Shown here: positions 44,269 through 59,577 of the stretch, piece by piece | Position numbering within the stretch: position 1 is the stretch's first letter | Layout: every line of letters starts with the position of its first letter | Source: the human T2T-CHM13v2.0 reference genome, Homo sapiens | NCBI RefSeq assembly: GCF_009914755.1 | Contig: NC_060929.1 | Direction: 5' to 3' (one strand) | DNA: 64,000 nt | Made by a program: the position numbers and the translations under genes | Notes under the pieces: model-generated | Database searches by the model: none | Told to the model about the DNA's origin: nothing | Seen by the model: the letters and a program-made list of their open reading frames with translations, nothing else

Positions 44269-46106
44269 GGCCCACTGACTGAAATTAGCCCATTTTTTCA
44301 GTAAGTAAACACAAATTTGCTGGGTCAGTAGCTTTGCTAAGCTACTGAAAGAAGGAAGGGAATACATGCCTCAGGTTATCTGAGTTTGCCTTTTCTCTTG
44401 TACTACCATACCATTTTAACAATTTATGCATCTTAAAGAACATTTCATTTAGCTCATATATTATTATCTCATTGTTTGTCAAAGCTACATTATAGACTTT
44501 TGAATAGATGTAAGCTAATTTATTTAATCTTTAAAATTAATAAACATAAATACTGATGAGCATTTAGAATGTTTCTAATTTATTGCTATTACAACCAATG
44601 CCTCAGTTAACATATTGAGCCTACACTTTAATGTGAATAATTAGGGGCTTTTTTGGTTATTGCTTTTAATTTTTCTTTTTGCAGACCTCAGCTGTATTGG
44701 AATGAATCAATCATGCTCCTTAATTATTAAGGCCATATAGTTATTATCCTTGTGGCACCTCTCCTTAATTTTTTAAAAGATTATATTATTGTTTTTTACT
44801 TATCATTCTCACCACAGACATCCACTCTCTTGTATATGATGTAATTACTTTCTAGCCATCTTTTTTTCATTTCCATATATGTATATCTCCAAGCATGTAA
44901 TGCTGTTTAGAGTAATTTTTATTTATATTAATTTAATTATGCTATCAGTTTTTTAAAAGACTTTTTTTCATGCACACTATATTTTTGAAGCCATTTGATG
45001 TTACTCTATGTAGATCCAGCTCATGTATTTTGACCATTCCACAGAATTCAAACATATACAAGTACAGCAGCAGGAAAATTCATGGCAGTACAAAACCTGA
45101 ATCAAAACGTACCTACATTTCCAATTTGAATAGATTGAGCCAAGGTAGTTTGAAAATGGTTGTACTAACTTAAAATTACAGCAGCAGTGGGTCCCTATTT
45201 CCTCACATCTTTTCCAAAGTAAGGATTATCAAATGTTTTCTGCACAAAAATGATATTTTGTTGTCCTTTCAACTTATATTTACTTAACTATCAATTTTTG
45301 TGAACATGTTTTTCTTTGTTTGCTGGCAATTTGTATTTCTTTTATTGTAAATTTCCTGTTCCAACATATAGCCTTCCAATGTCTTCAGCTTGGCAGTATT
45401 TTTAGAATTTCAAACTTGAAACTTGGGTGATGGTGAAATCTAAGGTCATCAGTGGATACGGATGATTTATCTATTTAAGACAAACTGCAATGATATTGAG
45501 CAAATTAAAAGCTTATGTGCATCATGGTTCCTGGGGCCAATAGAGTAATCATTTGGAATTCTGTGTTATAAAACTGTAGGCTATGAGCATGAAATTAACT
45601 TAACCAACATGTTCAACCAAAAGTCGTTTAGGGACAATTTTAGTTTAACTGTGATGCAGGATGGCAGCTTCCCCTAGTTTCAAAACTCACAGCCATGCCC
45701 ACTTCCTGTTCATCAGGCATATGTAATTTGTCTTGGAGCTTTGTGGAGAGCTAGACGTATGACATGTCAGGACACATCTGGTACATTAGAAGGATTTCTC
45801 TTCGCTTCTCCCCTCCCTCTTTCCTTCTAGACTTCTTTCCTTTATTGGAGACAGAATACATCTCCTCACAAAACAGGCCTCAGATCTCCATCCCTTTTGT
45901 CAGTTTTCGTTGACTAGTCTTAATGTTCCGTTAGGGCTCCACCTCCTTCTCTGACAACTCGGCATTTGCCTGATGTGACATCTTCAAGAGTCTTTAAGAC
46001 AGGCGAAGGAGGTGAAAGAGAGGGCAGTGTGGGGGGAGACATGAGAGAGGCCAGGCCTATCAGTGTCACAAAGCATCTGTCAAGAAGAGATTGAATTAGT
46101 CCCTGG

Positions 46107-46275
46107 TCCTTGATGGAAGCTGCTGTCTTGTCCTTCAGGCCTTTTGGCAGAGCTGCATCTAGCCTCACCCTCTCTGGAAGACATGCTGGGTCATGGAAGC
46201 CAGCACAATGCCTCCTCAACACCAGTAGCCATTGCTAGGGTCTCAGGGACCAAGCTATACCATAGGAGGGCCCTT
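46107..46275. repeat. Copy 2 of the direct duplication
   Basis: Collinear with 44103-44268, about 2.0 kb apart. Confidence 0.92.
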
Positions 46276-46595
46276 TTTCTGCTGAGTACCTGGATGGATT
46301 CGAGGTGCAAGTTTGGAGCAGAGCTGGGAATCCTGGAGGGAGAGAAAAGGTCATGAGTCTGGGGTCTGCTCAGGATCAGGCAAAGGGAAAAATGCTCTTT
46401 GACAGCATGGCTCTTTTTAGAAGGGAATGTGTAATAAAATTTGAAGTTAGCAATTGTGTGCCAGGCAAGGTAAATCTCTTTCTCCCTCTTTCTATCGAAT
46501 CCTAGGTAAAGTGACAACACTAAAGAGTATTTGTGCATGGGGGAGGCTGTGCAGGAACAATAATGAGCCTAGTATGTGCACCTAGTGTGTGCTAG

Positions 46596-48037
46596 TGAGA
46601 GGTGACAGTGTGCTGGCAGCCCTCACAGCCCTCACAGCCCTCGCTCGCTCTCCCCGCCTCCTTGGCCTCAGCGCCCACTCTGGCCGCGCTTGAGGAGCCC
46701 TTCAGCCTGCCACTGTACTGTGGGAGCCCCTTCCTGGGATGGCCGAGGCTGGAGCCAGCTCCCTCAGCCTGTGGGGAGGTGTGGAGGGAGAGGCACGGGC
46801 AGGAACCAGGCTGCGCAGCGCTTGCAAGCCAGCTAGGGTTCCGGGTGGCTGTAGGCTCAGCGGGCCCTGCACTGGGAGCAGCCAGCCGGCGCCGCTGGCC
46901 CTGGGCAGTGAGGGGCTTAGCACCCGGGCCAGCAGCTGCGGAGGGTGCGCCGGATCCCCCAGCAGTGCTGGCCCACCAGCGCTGCACTCGAATTCTTGCC
47001 GGGCCTCAGCTGCCTCCCCACAGGGCAGGGCTCGGGACCTGCGGCCTGCCATGCCCGAGCCTCCCCCCGCCTCCGTGGGCTCCTGCGTGGCCTGAGCCTC
47101 CCTGACAAGCACCTCCCCCTGATCCATGGCACCTGGTCCCATCACCGCCCAAGGGCTGAGAAGAGTGGGCACACGGCGTGGGACTGGCAGGCAGCTCTGC
47201 CTGCAGCCTCAGTGCAGGATCCACTGGGTGAAGCCAGCTGGGCTCCTGAGTCTAGTGGGGACTTGGAGAACCTTTATGTCTAGCTAAGGGATTGTAAATA
47301 CACCAATCAGCACTCTGTGTCTAGCTCAAGGTTTGTAAATGCACCAATCAGCACCCTGTGTCTAGCTCCAGGTTTGTAAATACACCAATCAGTGCTCTGT
47401 GTCTAGCTAATCTAGTGGGGACTTGGAGAACTTTTGTGTCTAGCTCAGGGATTGTAAACTCACCAATCAGCACCCTGTCAAAACGGACCAGTCAGCTCTC
47501 TGTAAAACAGACCAATAAGCTCTCTGTAAAATGGACCAATCAGCAGGATGTGGGTGGTGCCAGATAAGGGAATAAAAGCAGGCTGCCCAAACCAGCAGTG
47601 GCAATCCTGAGTCCCTTTCCACAGTGTGGAAGTTTAGTTCTTTCACTCTTTGCAGTAAATCTTGCTGCTGCTCATGCTTTGGGTCCACACTGCTTTTATG
47701 AGCTGTAACACTGACGGCGAAGGTCTGCAGTTTCTCTCCTGAGGCCAGCAAGACCACAAACCTACCGGGAGGAATGAACAACTCTGGATGGGAGGAATGA
47801 ACAACTCCAGATGCCCTGCCTTAACAGCTGTAACACTCACCGCGAAGGTCTGCAGCTTCACACCTGAAGCCAGCGAGACGATGAACCCACCAGCGGGAAG
47901 AAGCTCTGAACACATCCGAACATCAGAAGGAACAAACTCTGCACACGCCACCTTTAAGAACTGTAACAGTCACCGCGAGTGACTGTGGCTTTGTTCTTGA
48001 AGTCAGTGAGACCAAGAACCCACCAATTCTGGACACA
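46596..48037 (+). mobile_element. ERV9 solo LTR (LTR12, long form), 1442 bp
   Basis: tgagaggtgacagtgtgctggcag...ccaattctggacaca; TSD ctag (46592-46595, 48038-48041); CCAAT repeats and cagataagggaataaaag. Confidence 0.96.
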
Positions 48038-48155
48038 CTAGGAAGAATACATTTCATGGATAATGTTTATTGTACAATACTTCCATAAAATATTTTTGTC
48101 TCTAATTTACTTCACAATCATATTTTTATGTTATGATATAATACTATTGCAAAGA

Positions 48156-48382
48156 CCTGTAATCCCAGCACTTTGGGAGGCTGAGATGGGCGGATCACGA
48201 GGTCAGGAGATCGAGACCATCCTGGATAACGTGATGAAACCCCGTCTCTACTAAAAATACAAAAAAATAGCTGGGCGTGGTGGCAGGCGCCTGTAGTCCC
48301 AGTTACTCGGGAGACTGAGGCAGGAGAATGGCATGAACCCAGGAGGTAGAGTTTGCAGTGAGCAAACTCAAAAAAAAAAAAA
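48156..48382 (+). mobile_element. Alu (AluY-like), 5'-truncated and missing the end of the right arm
   Basis: TSD attgcaaagacct at 48146-48158 and 48383-48395; gcagtgagcaaactc runs straight into the poly-A. Confidence 0.92.
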
Positions 48383-48479
48383 ATTGCAAAGACCTCATAA
48401 ACTGTTTTCTCTGTTCCAGCCAAGACTGATATGTTTTGCAAAAAATAGTCACCTATTTAAATTAGCTAAGGAAAGGTGG

Positions 48480-48870
48480 TGTCTCAGTAGGTTATGAGGG
48501 AGTGTCATGGAAAATAAAAGCAGGAAATTGGGTTTTGTCTCATGGGAAGTGGAGAGTCACTGGGCCACACCTTTCTTTCTCTCTATCCCTGGGCTATATG
48601 TCCTCCCTGCAAATCTGCTCTCTCCTCCAGCCTGTCTCTGAAAATGAGTTTCCACTGCCAACTTTCCAGATTGCACATGGATAAAACAGACCTCAAGCCC
48701 CAGGCTGGCAGCTGCAGGCTTACTAATCTCACTGGAGATTTTGTATCTCCTAGTTTCAAGATTAATCAGAGAATCTGATAGGCTCATCAAAGATCAGGTG
48801 GCCACATCCCATCTAGTCATCTGTGGCCAGGAGAGGGCACCCTTGGAAGAGCAGAGCTTCAGCAGGCACT
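48480..48870. mobile_element. Old MLT1-type MaLR LTR fragment
   Basis: agagaatctgataggctcatc...atcaggtggccacatccc...atctgtggccagg resembles recalled MLT1 motifs. Confidence 0.4.
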
Positions 48871-49067
48871 GAGGTGGTGTCTGCTCTGGTGTCTGCTACA
48901 AGACCCATCTGACAGTTGAGAAAACAGAGGTTCGGAAATGGAAATGCTTTGACTCCAAGGCACAGGTAATAAAGTAACTAACCAAGGACACTAATGGAGG
49001 GGACCAGTAGTAAAGATTTGGTGGAGATGAAAATACATACACCTGTTATATGTCAATTAAAAAATAA

Positions 49068-52000
49068 GATTGAGAAGCAGCTGCAGTCCGTGGCACTCAC
49101 AAAGAGAAACAAAAGGGGCAAGTGAATACAGCACCATCAACTGAAATATTCAGGTAGTCACATTGGGACTGATCAGGGAAACAACTCAACTCATGAAGAA
49201 CAACCCATGGGTGATGGCCCACCTGGAAGCCACATGGAGCCAAGGAAACCCCCACCCCAGCCAAGGGAAGTGGTGAATGAATGTGTGACCCCAGGAAACC
49301 ATGCTTTTCCCATGAATCTTTGCAACCCATGGATCAGGAGATCCCCTCATGAGCCCATGCCACCAGGGTCTTGGGGCCAACACACAGAGCTGTGTAGAGT
49401 CTTGGCAGAGCAGCTGCTTGGGCATACACAGAGACCGAGGAGCTTTACATACTCTGGCCCCAGGATCCCTAACAAACGTGTTTGCAACTCAGGCAGGGCA
49501 GGAGGTCCACACAAACCCCTAGGAAGAGGGTGGAATCCAGAAAGCCAAGCAATGTCATTCTGTGGGTCCTCCTTCCATGGCACCTCACAAGATAAGACCT
49601 ACTGACTTGGAATTCCACCCAGCCAATGGCAACAGGGTGAAGCCTGCCTGAGATGGGCCGGAGCCCCTCTGGGGAGGGGCAGGCACCATTTCTACTGCTA
49701 GGTTGACTCAGCTGTTCCAGCCTGTGGGCTTTGGAGAGTCCAAACAGTCTGGAGGAGGAAGGGTCCCCCCAGCAGTGCATCACAGTGGCTTTCCCAGATT
49801 GTGACCAGACTGCTTCTTTAAGCAGAGCCCCTGATCCATTTCTCCTCACTGGGCAGGACCTCCCGGGCAGGACCTCCAGCCGCTTCTGCCCACACTTATT
49901 AGGGACAGAGCTCTGCTCTCTCTCTGGGAGAGGAGAGGGCCACCACCTGGGTTGATTGGATGACTCGGCTGTTCCAGACTGTGGGCTCTGGAGACTCCAA
50001 GCCAGCAGGGGCAGAGGCGACTGTTTTGGGGAGGTGTGGCAGACTGCTTTTTAAAGCAGGACGCTGATCTACTTCTCCTCCTGGGGCGGGTCCTCCCATC
50101 TGGGTCCTCCCAGCCAGGGCCTATGGCCACCCTGCCCATGCTCTACAGGGCCGATAGAGCTCTAATTACTCCTGGGATGAGTGCCTGAGGGGCAGGTGAG
50201 GGAGCAACCTTGGTGGGGCTTCTCAGCCAGTCTAGCCTGTGGGCCTTGGGGAGCCCAAACTGATTGGGGACTGAAGGGATCCCCAATACAGCACAGCTTC
50301 TCTGCCAAAAAGTAGCCATACTGCTAATTCAAGTGGGTCCCTGATCCCATTCCTCTCGACTCAGTGAGACTTCCCAACCAGGGTCCCCAGCCATCTCATA
50401 CAAGTGTGTTCAGGCCAGCAATAAGTCAGTACACCAATGGCATGGAGCTTCTAGAAGAAGGGGCAGGCTGCCATCTTTGCTGCTTTGCAGCATTCATGCA
50501 TGATACCTCCAGGTACAGGAAGAAGCAAGGCAGCTAGGACCTGGAGCAGATCCTCAGCAAGCTGCAGCAGCCCTAGGGAGAGTGGCCAGACTACTAAAAG
50601 AAGAACAAACAAGCAGAAAACAACAGCAACAACAAAACCACAAAATCCCCATCCAAAGGTCAGTAATCTCAAAGAACGAAGGTAGATAAGCCCACAAAGA
50701 TGGGAATCAATGCAAACATGCTGAAAACTCAAAAATCCAGAGTGCCCCTTTTCCTCCAAATGACAGCAGCGTCTCTCCAGCAAGGTCTCAGAACTGGGCT
50801 GAGGCTGAGATGGCTGAAATGACAGAAGTTGGCTTCAGAATGTGGATAATAATGAATTTTGCTGAGCTAAAGGAGCATGTTGTAGCCCAATGCAAAGAAA
50901 CTAAGAATTAGATAAAACAATACAGGAGCTGAAAACCAAAATAACAGTTTAGAGAGGAACACAGTCGACCTGTTAGAGCTGAAAAACACACTATAAAAAC
51001 TTCACAATGCAATCACAAATATTAATAGCAGAATAGACCAAGCAGAGGAAAGAATCTCAGAGCTTGAAGACTGGCTTTCTGAATTAAGACAGGCACACAA
51101 GAATAGAGAAAAAAAGACTGAAAAGGAATGAACAAAACCTCTGAGGAATATGGGATAATGTAAAGAGCCTGAATCTACAACTGATTGGGGTACCTGAAAG
51201 AGAGAGAGAGAATGGAACCAAATTGAAAACATACTTCAGGATATCATTCAGGAGAACTTCCCCAACCTAGTAAGAGAGGCCAATATTCAAATTCAAGAAA
51301 TGCAGAGAACCTCAGTAAGATACTCCATGAGAAGATCATCCCAAGCCACATAATCATCAGATTCTCCAAGGTTGAAATGAAAGAAAAAATGTTAAGGGCA
51401 GCCAGAGAAAAAGGCCAGGTCACCTACAAAGGGAAGCCCATCAGACTAACAGTGGATCTATCAGTGGAAGCCCTAACAAGCCAGAAGAGATTGGGAGCCA
51501 ATATTTAATACTCTTAAAGAAAATAATTTCCAACCCAGAATTTCATATCCAGCCAAACTAAGCTTCATAAGCAAAGGGGAAATAAGATCCTTTTCAGATG
51601 AGCAAATGCTGAGGGAATTTGTTACTATTAGAACTGCCTTGCAAGGACTCTTGAAGGAAGCACTAAATATGGAAAGGAAAAACCATTACCAGCCACTACA
51701 AAAACACACTGAAGTACACAGGCCAGTGACACTATGAAGCAACTACATAAACAAGCCTGCAAAATAACCAGCTAGCATCACGATGACAGGATCAAATCTA
51801 CACATAAAATACTAACCTTAAATGTAAATGGGCTAAATGCCCCAATTAAAAGACACAGAATGGCAAACTGGATAAAGAACCAAGACCCATTAGTATGCTA
51901 TTTTCAAGAGACCCATCTCACATGCAAAGACATGCATAGGCTCAAAATAAAGGAATGGAGGAAAATTTACCAAGCAAATGGAAAACAGAAAATAGCAGAA

Positions 52001-55000
52001 GTTGCAATCCTAGTTTCTGACAAAACAGACTCAAAACCAACAAAAATAAAAAAAGACACAGGAGAACATTACATAATGGTAAAGGGTTCAATTCAACAAA
52101 AAGAGTTAACTAGTTGTAATATATATGCACCCAGTACAGGAGCACCCAGATTCATAAAGCAAGTTCGTAGAGACCTTCAAAGAGACTTAGACTCTGACAC
52201 AATAATAGTGGGAGACTTTAACACTCTACTGACAATATTAGATCATCAAGACAGAAAATTAACAAAGATATTCAGGATCTGAACTCAGCTCTGGATCAAG
52301 TGACCTGATAGATATCTACACAACTCTCCACCCAAAAAGAACAGAATATATATTCTTCTCATCACCACATGGAACTTACTCTAAAATTGATCACATAATC
52401 GAAAGTAAAACACTCCTCAGCAAATGCAAAAAACTAAAATTATAAGTCTCTCAGACAATGGCACAATCAAATTAAAACTCAAGATTAAGACATTCACTCA
52501 AAACCACACAACTACATGGAAATTGAACAACAGGCTCCCAGAGACTCTTGGGTAAATAATGAAATTAAGACAGAAATCAAAAAGTTCTTTGCAACTAATG
52601 AGAACAAAGATAGAACATACTAGAATCTCTGAGACACAGCTAAAGCAGTGCTAAGACGAAAATGTATAGTACTAAATGCCCACATCAGAAAGCTAGAAAT
52701 TTCTCAAGTTAACAACCTAACATCACACCTAAAAGAACTAGAGAAGCAAGAGAAAATAAACCCCAAAGCTAGCAGAAGACAAGAAATAACCAAGATGAGA
52801 GCTGAACGGAAGGAGATAAGACATAAAATTACTCTTCAAAAATCAATGAATCCAGCAGCTGGTTTTTTAAAAAAATTAATAAAATAGACTGCTAGCTAGG
52901 CTAGTAAAGAAGAAAAGAGAGAAGATTCAAATAAACACAATCAGAAATGTTAAGAGAGATATCACCACTCACTCCACAGAAATAGAAACAACCATCAGAG
53001 AACACTATTAATACCTCTATGCACATAAACTAGAAAATATAAAAGAAATGGATAAATTTCTGGACATATACACCCTCCCAAGACTGAACCAGGAAGAAAT
53101 TGAATCCATGAATAGACCAATAATGAGCTCTGAAATTGAGACAGTAATAAATAGCCTACCCACTGAAAAAAAGGCCCAGGACCAGATGGATTCACAGCTG
53201 AATTCTACCAAAGGTACAGAGAGGGGCTGGTACCATTTCCAGGAAAACTATTCTAAACAATTAAAAAGGAGGGACTCCTCCCTAACTCATTCTATGAGGT
53301 TAACATCATCCTGATACTAAAACCTGCCAGAGATACAGCAAAAAAAAGAAAACTTCAGAACAATATCCTTGATGAACACTGATGCAAGAATCCTTAACAA
53401 AATACCAGCAAACCAAAAGCAACACATCGAAAAGCTTATCCACCACAATTAAATCAGCTTCATTCCTGGGATACAAGCTTGGTTCAACATATGCAAATCA
53501 ATAAATGTGATTCATTACATAAACAGAACTAAAAACAAAAACAACATGATTATCTCAATAGATGCAGAAAAGGCCTTCTATAAAATTAAACATTCCTTCA
53601 TGTTAAAAACTCTCAATAAACTAGGTATTGAAGGAACATACCTCAAAATAATAAGAGCCATATATGAGAAACCCACAGCAAGTATCATACTGAATGGGCA
53701 AAAACTGGAAGCATTCCCCTTGAAAACCAGCACAAGACAAAGATGCTCTCTCTCACCATTGCTGTTCAACATAGTATTGAATGTTCTGGCCAGGACAACA
53801 CATGCAAGATAAAGAAATAAAGTGTATTCAAATAGGAAAAGAAAAAGTCAAACTATTTTTGTCTGCAGATGACATAATCCTATATCTAGAAAACCCCATT
53901 GACTCACCCAAAAACTTCTTAAGTTGATAAGCAACTTCAGCAAAGTATCAGGACACAAAATCAATGTGCAAAAATTGCTAGCATTGCTATACACCAACAA
54001 CAGGCAAACTGAGAGTCAAATTATGAATGAACTCCCATTCACAATTGCCACAAAAATAATAAAATACCTAGGAATACAGTAAACAAGGGAAGTAAAGTAT
54101 TCCTTTAAGGAGAGCTACAACCCACTACTTAAATAAATCCGAGATGACACAAACAAATAGAAAAACATTTCATGTTCATGGATAGGAAGAACCAATATCA
54201 TTAAAATGGCCATACTGCCCAAAGCAATTTATAGATTTAATGCTATCCCCATTAAACTACCATTGCCATTCATCACAGAATTAGAAAAAAACTATTTTAA
54301 AATTCATATGGAACGACAACAAAAAAATCCCCAAATAGCCAAGACAGTTCTAAGCCAAAAGCATAAAGTTGGAGGCATCACGCTACCTGACTTCAAACTA
54401 CACTGCAAAGCTACAGTAATCTAGACAGCTTGGTACTGGTATAAGAACAGACACATAGACCAATGGAAAAGAATAGAGAAGCCAGAAATAAGACTACACA
54501 CCTGCAACCACCTGATCTTTAACAAACCTGACAAAAACAAGCAATAGAGGACAGGATTTCCTGTTTAGTAAATGGTGCTGGAAGAACTGCCTAGCCATAT
54601 GCAAAAAATTAAAACTGGACCCCTTCTTTATAGCATATACAAAGATCAACTCAAGATGGATTAAAGACTTAAATGTAAAACTCAAAACTATAAAAGCCCT
54701 GGAAGAAAACCTAGGCGATACCATTAGGGACATAGGCATGCGCAAAGATTTCATGATGAAGACGCCAAAAGCAATTGCAACAAAAGCAAAAATTGACAAA
54801 TGGGATCTAATTAAACTGAAGTGCTTCTGCACAGCAAAAGAAACTATCATCAAAGTAGACAGACAACCTGCAGAATGGGAGAAAATTTTTGCAAACTATG
54901 CATCTGACAAAGGTCTAATACGCAGCATCTACAAGGAACTTAAACAAATTTACAAGAAAAACAAACAACCTATTAAAAAGCCGGCAAAAGTTATGAACTG

Positions 55001-55082
55001 ACACTTAAAAGAAGACTTACATGTGACCAAGAAACATATGAAAGAAGCTCAACATCACTGATCATTGATCATTGGAGAAATG
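49068..55082 (+). mobile_element. Near-full-length older L1PA (PA10-PA13-like): long repetitive 5'UTR about 49068-50700, ORF1 about 50700-51720, ORF2 from 51783, 3'-truncated (no 3'UTR or poly-A)
   Basis: ORF2 start atgacaggatcaaat; EN (51860-52282) and RT fragments (53507-53812); many stops; ends at ...atcattgatcattggagaaatg. Confidence 0.93.
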
Positions 55083-55639
55083 ATTTTCATGGTGCCCTTT
55101 GCATTTTGCAGCTATTGCTTAAGCTTCAGACCCAAAAAGAGCACTAGCTTTAGAGTCAAAGACCCCTGGGTTCCAGTTTCAGCTGAGAGACTGTGAGCAC
55201 ATCACTAGCCCACTCTGATCCTGTATCCCAGTTTTATAATCACCTATTTCCCATCAGTCGGGAGGCTGGAGAGAAAAGCACCCACTCTGTGCCCAGCACA
55301 CAGTAGGAGCATAGTAAGCCTAAGCTCTCTTGCTTCCCCACTATCCTAATGTATTAGGGGAAAGACAGAGATGTGGGGAATGGCACCTGGGAGGCTCCAG
55401 CTGTATGCTTCACAATCCTACCTAATGAAAAATCTGAATTAGGCTTCAGTTTCCCGTCTACAAAATGAGACAGGACAGGAGTGGGTAGGAAGAGGAGGTT
55501 GGTTTAAGCTGGGCCAGTCTAATTCTGTAACGTGGGCTTCACTGTCGGGTCCAGCCCACTCTCCAGCCCACTCCCCAGCCCAGGCTTCTGAATGTCTTTT
55601 GGCCAAGGCCAAGTCTGTCCAGGGTCGGGATGAGGAGAA

Positions 55640-55674
55640 GCAGTTCCCCCACATAACCTGCAGGTGGCACTAGA
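55640..55674 (+). promoter_or_regulatory. Candidate CTCF binding site (core plus upstream module) in a small CpG-rich patch
   Basis: gcagttccccc-acataa-cctgcaggtggcactag; core resembles CCASYAGRKGGCRCY and the upstream TGCAGTnCC module is at plausible spacing. Confidence 0.6.
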
Positions 55675-55853
55675 GCAGCGCGGGAGCCGAGGGTTCCGCT
55701 CCAGCCTTCCTGGAGACCCGGGTAGGGCTGGCGTATGGCGAGGCAGAGGTGGTGCACCCCGTTCAGCTGGGCAGCGGCACGAGCGGGACTGCGGATCAGT
55801 TCACACCGTTTAAAATAGGCACATGAGTCTTCTGGCTAATTTCCTCTCTTTGG

Positions 55854-55984
55854 TAGGGTGATCATATGCTTTATCACCCAAATCCAGACACTTTGGAGAG
55901 TGAAAGGGGGCACTAAAATAATTGTACCGGGACAGCAGACATAAACTTAGCTGTCCCTTGCAAACAGAACATATGGTCACCCTA
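55854..55984 (+). mobile_element. MER94-like hAT-Blackjack MITE
   Basis: TIRs tagggtgatcatatg / catatggtcacccta (14/15 match); internal gagagtgaaagggggcact. Confidence 0.85.
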
Positions 55985-56289
55985 CCCTCTGTCACTTTTT
56001 CTTCCTGGTTTCCATTCTTTTAATCTGCTTTTCTTTTTAAACACACAGCATTCTCTCCCCGAGCACCACTGTCTTTGAAAATGCCCTTGCAATCGCGATA
56101 TTTTCGACGAGGCAACATCTGCTTTCACATATTGAGTCGGAACAGGCCCTCTGAACCCACCCCAAAGGCTAGTTTTAGCTTCTAGTCAGAAGACTCTGTT
56201 CCTTGGCTCGCCATCCCCATGACTCAAGAATTACAAATGTCAGACGTGGAACAGTGGCCCTTATGTCAACTTTGGTGCCTCTTTGCTAA

Positions 56290-56679
<390 letters not shown>

Positions 56680-57257
56680 TGAATTGCAAGTAGACAAGTC
56701 CCATTAAGCAGGATGCTTATATTTCCAAGATCATCCCATTGCTCCATTCAAACCCAAATTAGCATGCCATTTATCCCCTTGTTTCTGAACCCTCTTCACT
56801 TAATAGTCTCATAAACATCCATCCATTGCAAAAAGGACGCAAACTTTCCTCACTTCCATTTTTAGTTCATTCATTGCTATCCAAGTAACGGTTTGTCTGG
56901 GGGAGTCATTAGTAAAGAATTGTGCCCTTAAATTTATTGTTATAGGTGGATTCTGGTAGTTAATACCTTTCTTAATACCTCTCTCTCTCTGTCATTCTCA
57001 CATTGCAACAAATGACTATGGGTTTCTGTCTCAACCTAAAATCCAGGTTAGAAATTTGGTTTTATCTGAATAAGTTATTAATAGATAATGTGAGAAAAAA
57101 ATTAATTTTCTGAAACTTTTCTCAGCTAAGAATGACACTCATGGTCACAAATATGTATGTAAGCAAGCAGATATTGGGCTGTAAATATATAAACTCTTAA
57201 AATATTATGTTTGGAGACAAGATTTTCCTTTTTTTTTTCTTTTTAGTAAAGTATATT

Positions 57258-58056
<799 letters not shown>

Positions 58057-58659
58057 TAACTACCACTCAGCTCAAGATATAGAATGTTTCCATCACCACA
58101 GAGGGCTCCCTTTTGCCCCTTCTCAGTTGCTGTCCTCTTCAAAGTTAACTACAGTACTGACCTCTGTCACCATGGATTAGTTTTGCCTGTTTTTGAACTT
58201 CATATAAATAAAGTCATTCAGTATTTGCTTGTTTGTGGCTGGCTTCTTTCATTCAACATAATCCTGTGAGATTTAGCCATGTTTTGGGTACTGGTAGTTG
58301 ATTATTTTTCTGGTTGTGTAGTTTTCCATACTGCATTTATTACCCTTCTACTTTTATCTCTAACTCAGTGTCTTGTGGGGTCTATTGGTCCTTTTTAGCT
58401 AGATCGATAGTAAACATCTTCTTATCAATGAAGCTTAGGAAAGTTTTAGAAGACAGAAGCCCAATAAAACCAAGACCCTCAAGCTTAAGCCAAGTTTCCT
58501 TCTCACACCTGCTTCAGTTGCTCTTCTTCATGTGCTCTTTTTTCCCTCACAAAGCTGATGGAAATTAAGAAGCCCAAAAGCTCCTTATCATGCTATCAGC
58601 TTAGGGATGCTTGTCATCTGAATAACAGGGTGGGTGTTTATAATCTGAAATGTTAAAAT

Positions 58660-58890
58660 AACAATACCAAACATGTACACAGCACAAACTGCTGTCCAAA
58701 GAGCTTTACATTTATTATTTTCCTCAAAACAACTCTGTGAAATAGACACTATTTTTGTCATCCCCACATTTTAGAATGGGAAATTGAGGCACAGAGAGAC
58801 CATGTAACTTTCCCAAGGTGGTAGAGCCAGGACTTGAACCTGTGTTTTTTGGTTTTAGAGCCTGCAGACTTCACCACCACACCATATTGT
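58660..58890. mobile_element. MIR
   Basis: ttttagaatgggaaattgaggcacagagag...taactttcccaagg...gagccaggacttgaacc. Confidence 0.7.
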
Positions 58891-59577
58891 GTAGCATGGT
58901 ACTTCATATGGTGAAAGTGTTTTCTTCTACTCGTTTGGGAGCATTTTCTGAATCATTTGAATCTTATAAATTTGCTTCAAAGAATACAAGTAAATTGAAA
59001 TGGAAGACCTAATATAGAATGTGTGGCATTCATGAATAAATTATAGGACTCTCTGGCTTTAAATAATAATTATTTGCTTATCTTGTGACTTTTGTCAGGC
59101 AGGGCTGTAAAGCGCTAGCTTCATTTTCCTTCTCTTCAGTAGGAGAGGATGGGCTCAGAGACAGGCACAATTGATTGTAAAATCTCATCACACTTTCCCT
59201 CACCATCCGGAAGCTGGAGTTAGGTTTGTGAAATCTCGGTTGAGAAAGAGTTGAATGCCACTTGTAGCATAGCGAGTTTAAAAAAGATGGTTTTACTCTC
59301 CAGTTCTGTTGCACAAGGCCCTGTGAGTTTTGTCAATTAACGTATGTGACCAATAGTTTTCTCACAAAGATTATCAGGGTTCTAGAGGAAATTATCTTCC
59401 AGTTTTATTCTGCTGCTAAAGTGCTATATTTCTTTATAGATGAACTAATCAGTTCTTGGTCACTCGGTTTTCATTAGATATTTCCCTGGCTCTTTATGGT
59501 GTGCTTTATGTCTCTTTATGCCCAGCCCCAGGTTTTTCCTTCTAACTGCAAGAAAAAGATCATTGAAATTTTCTCTC

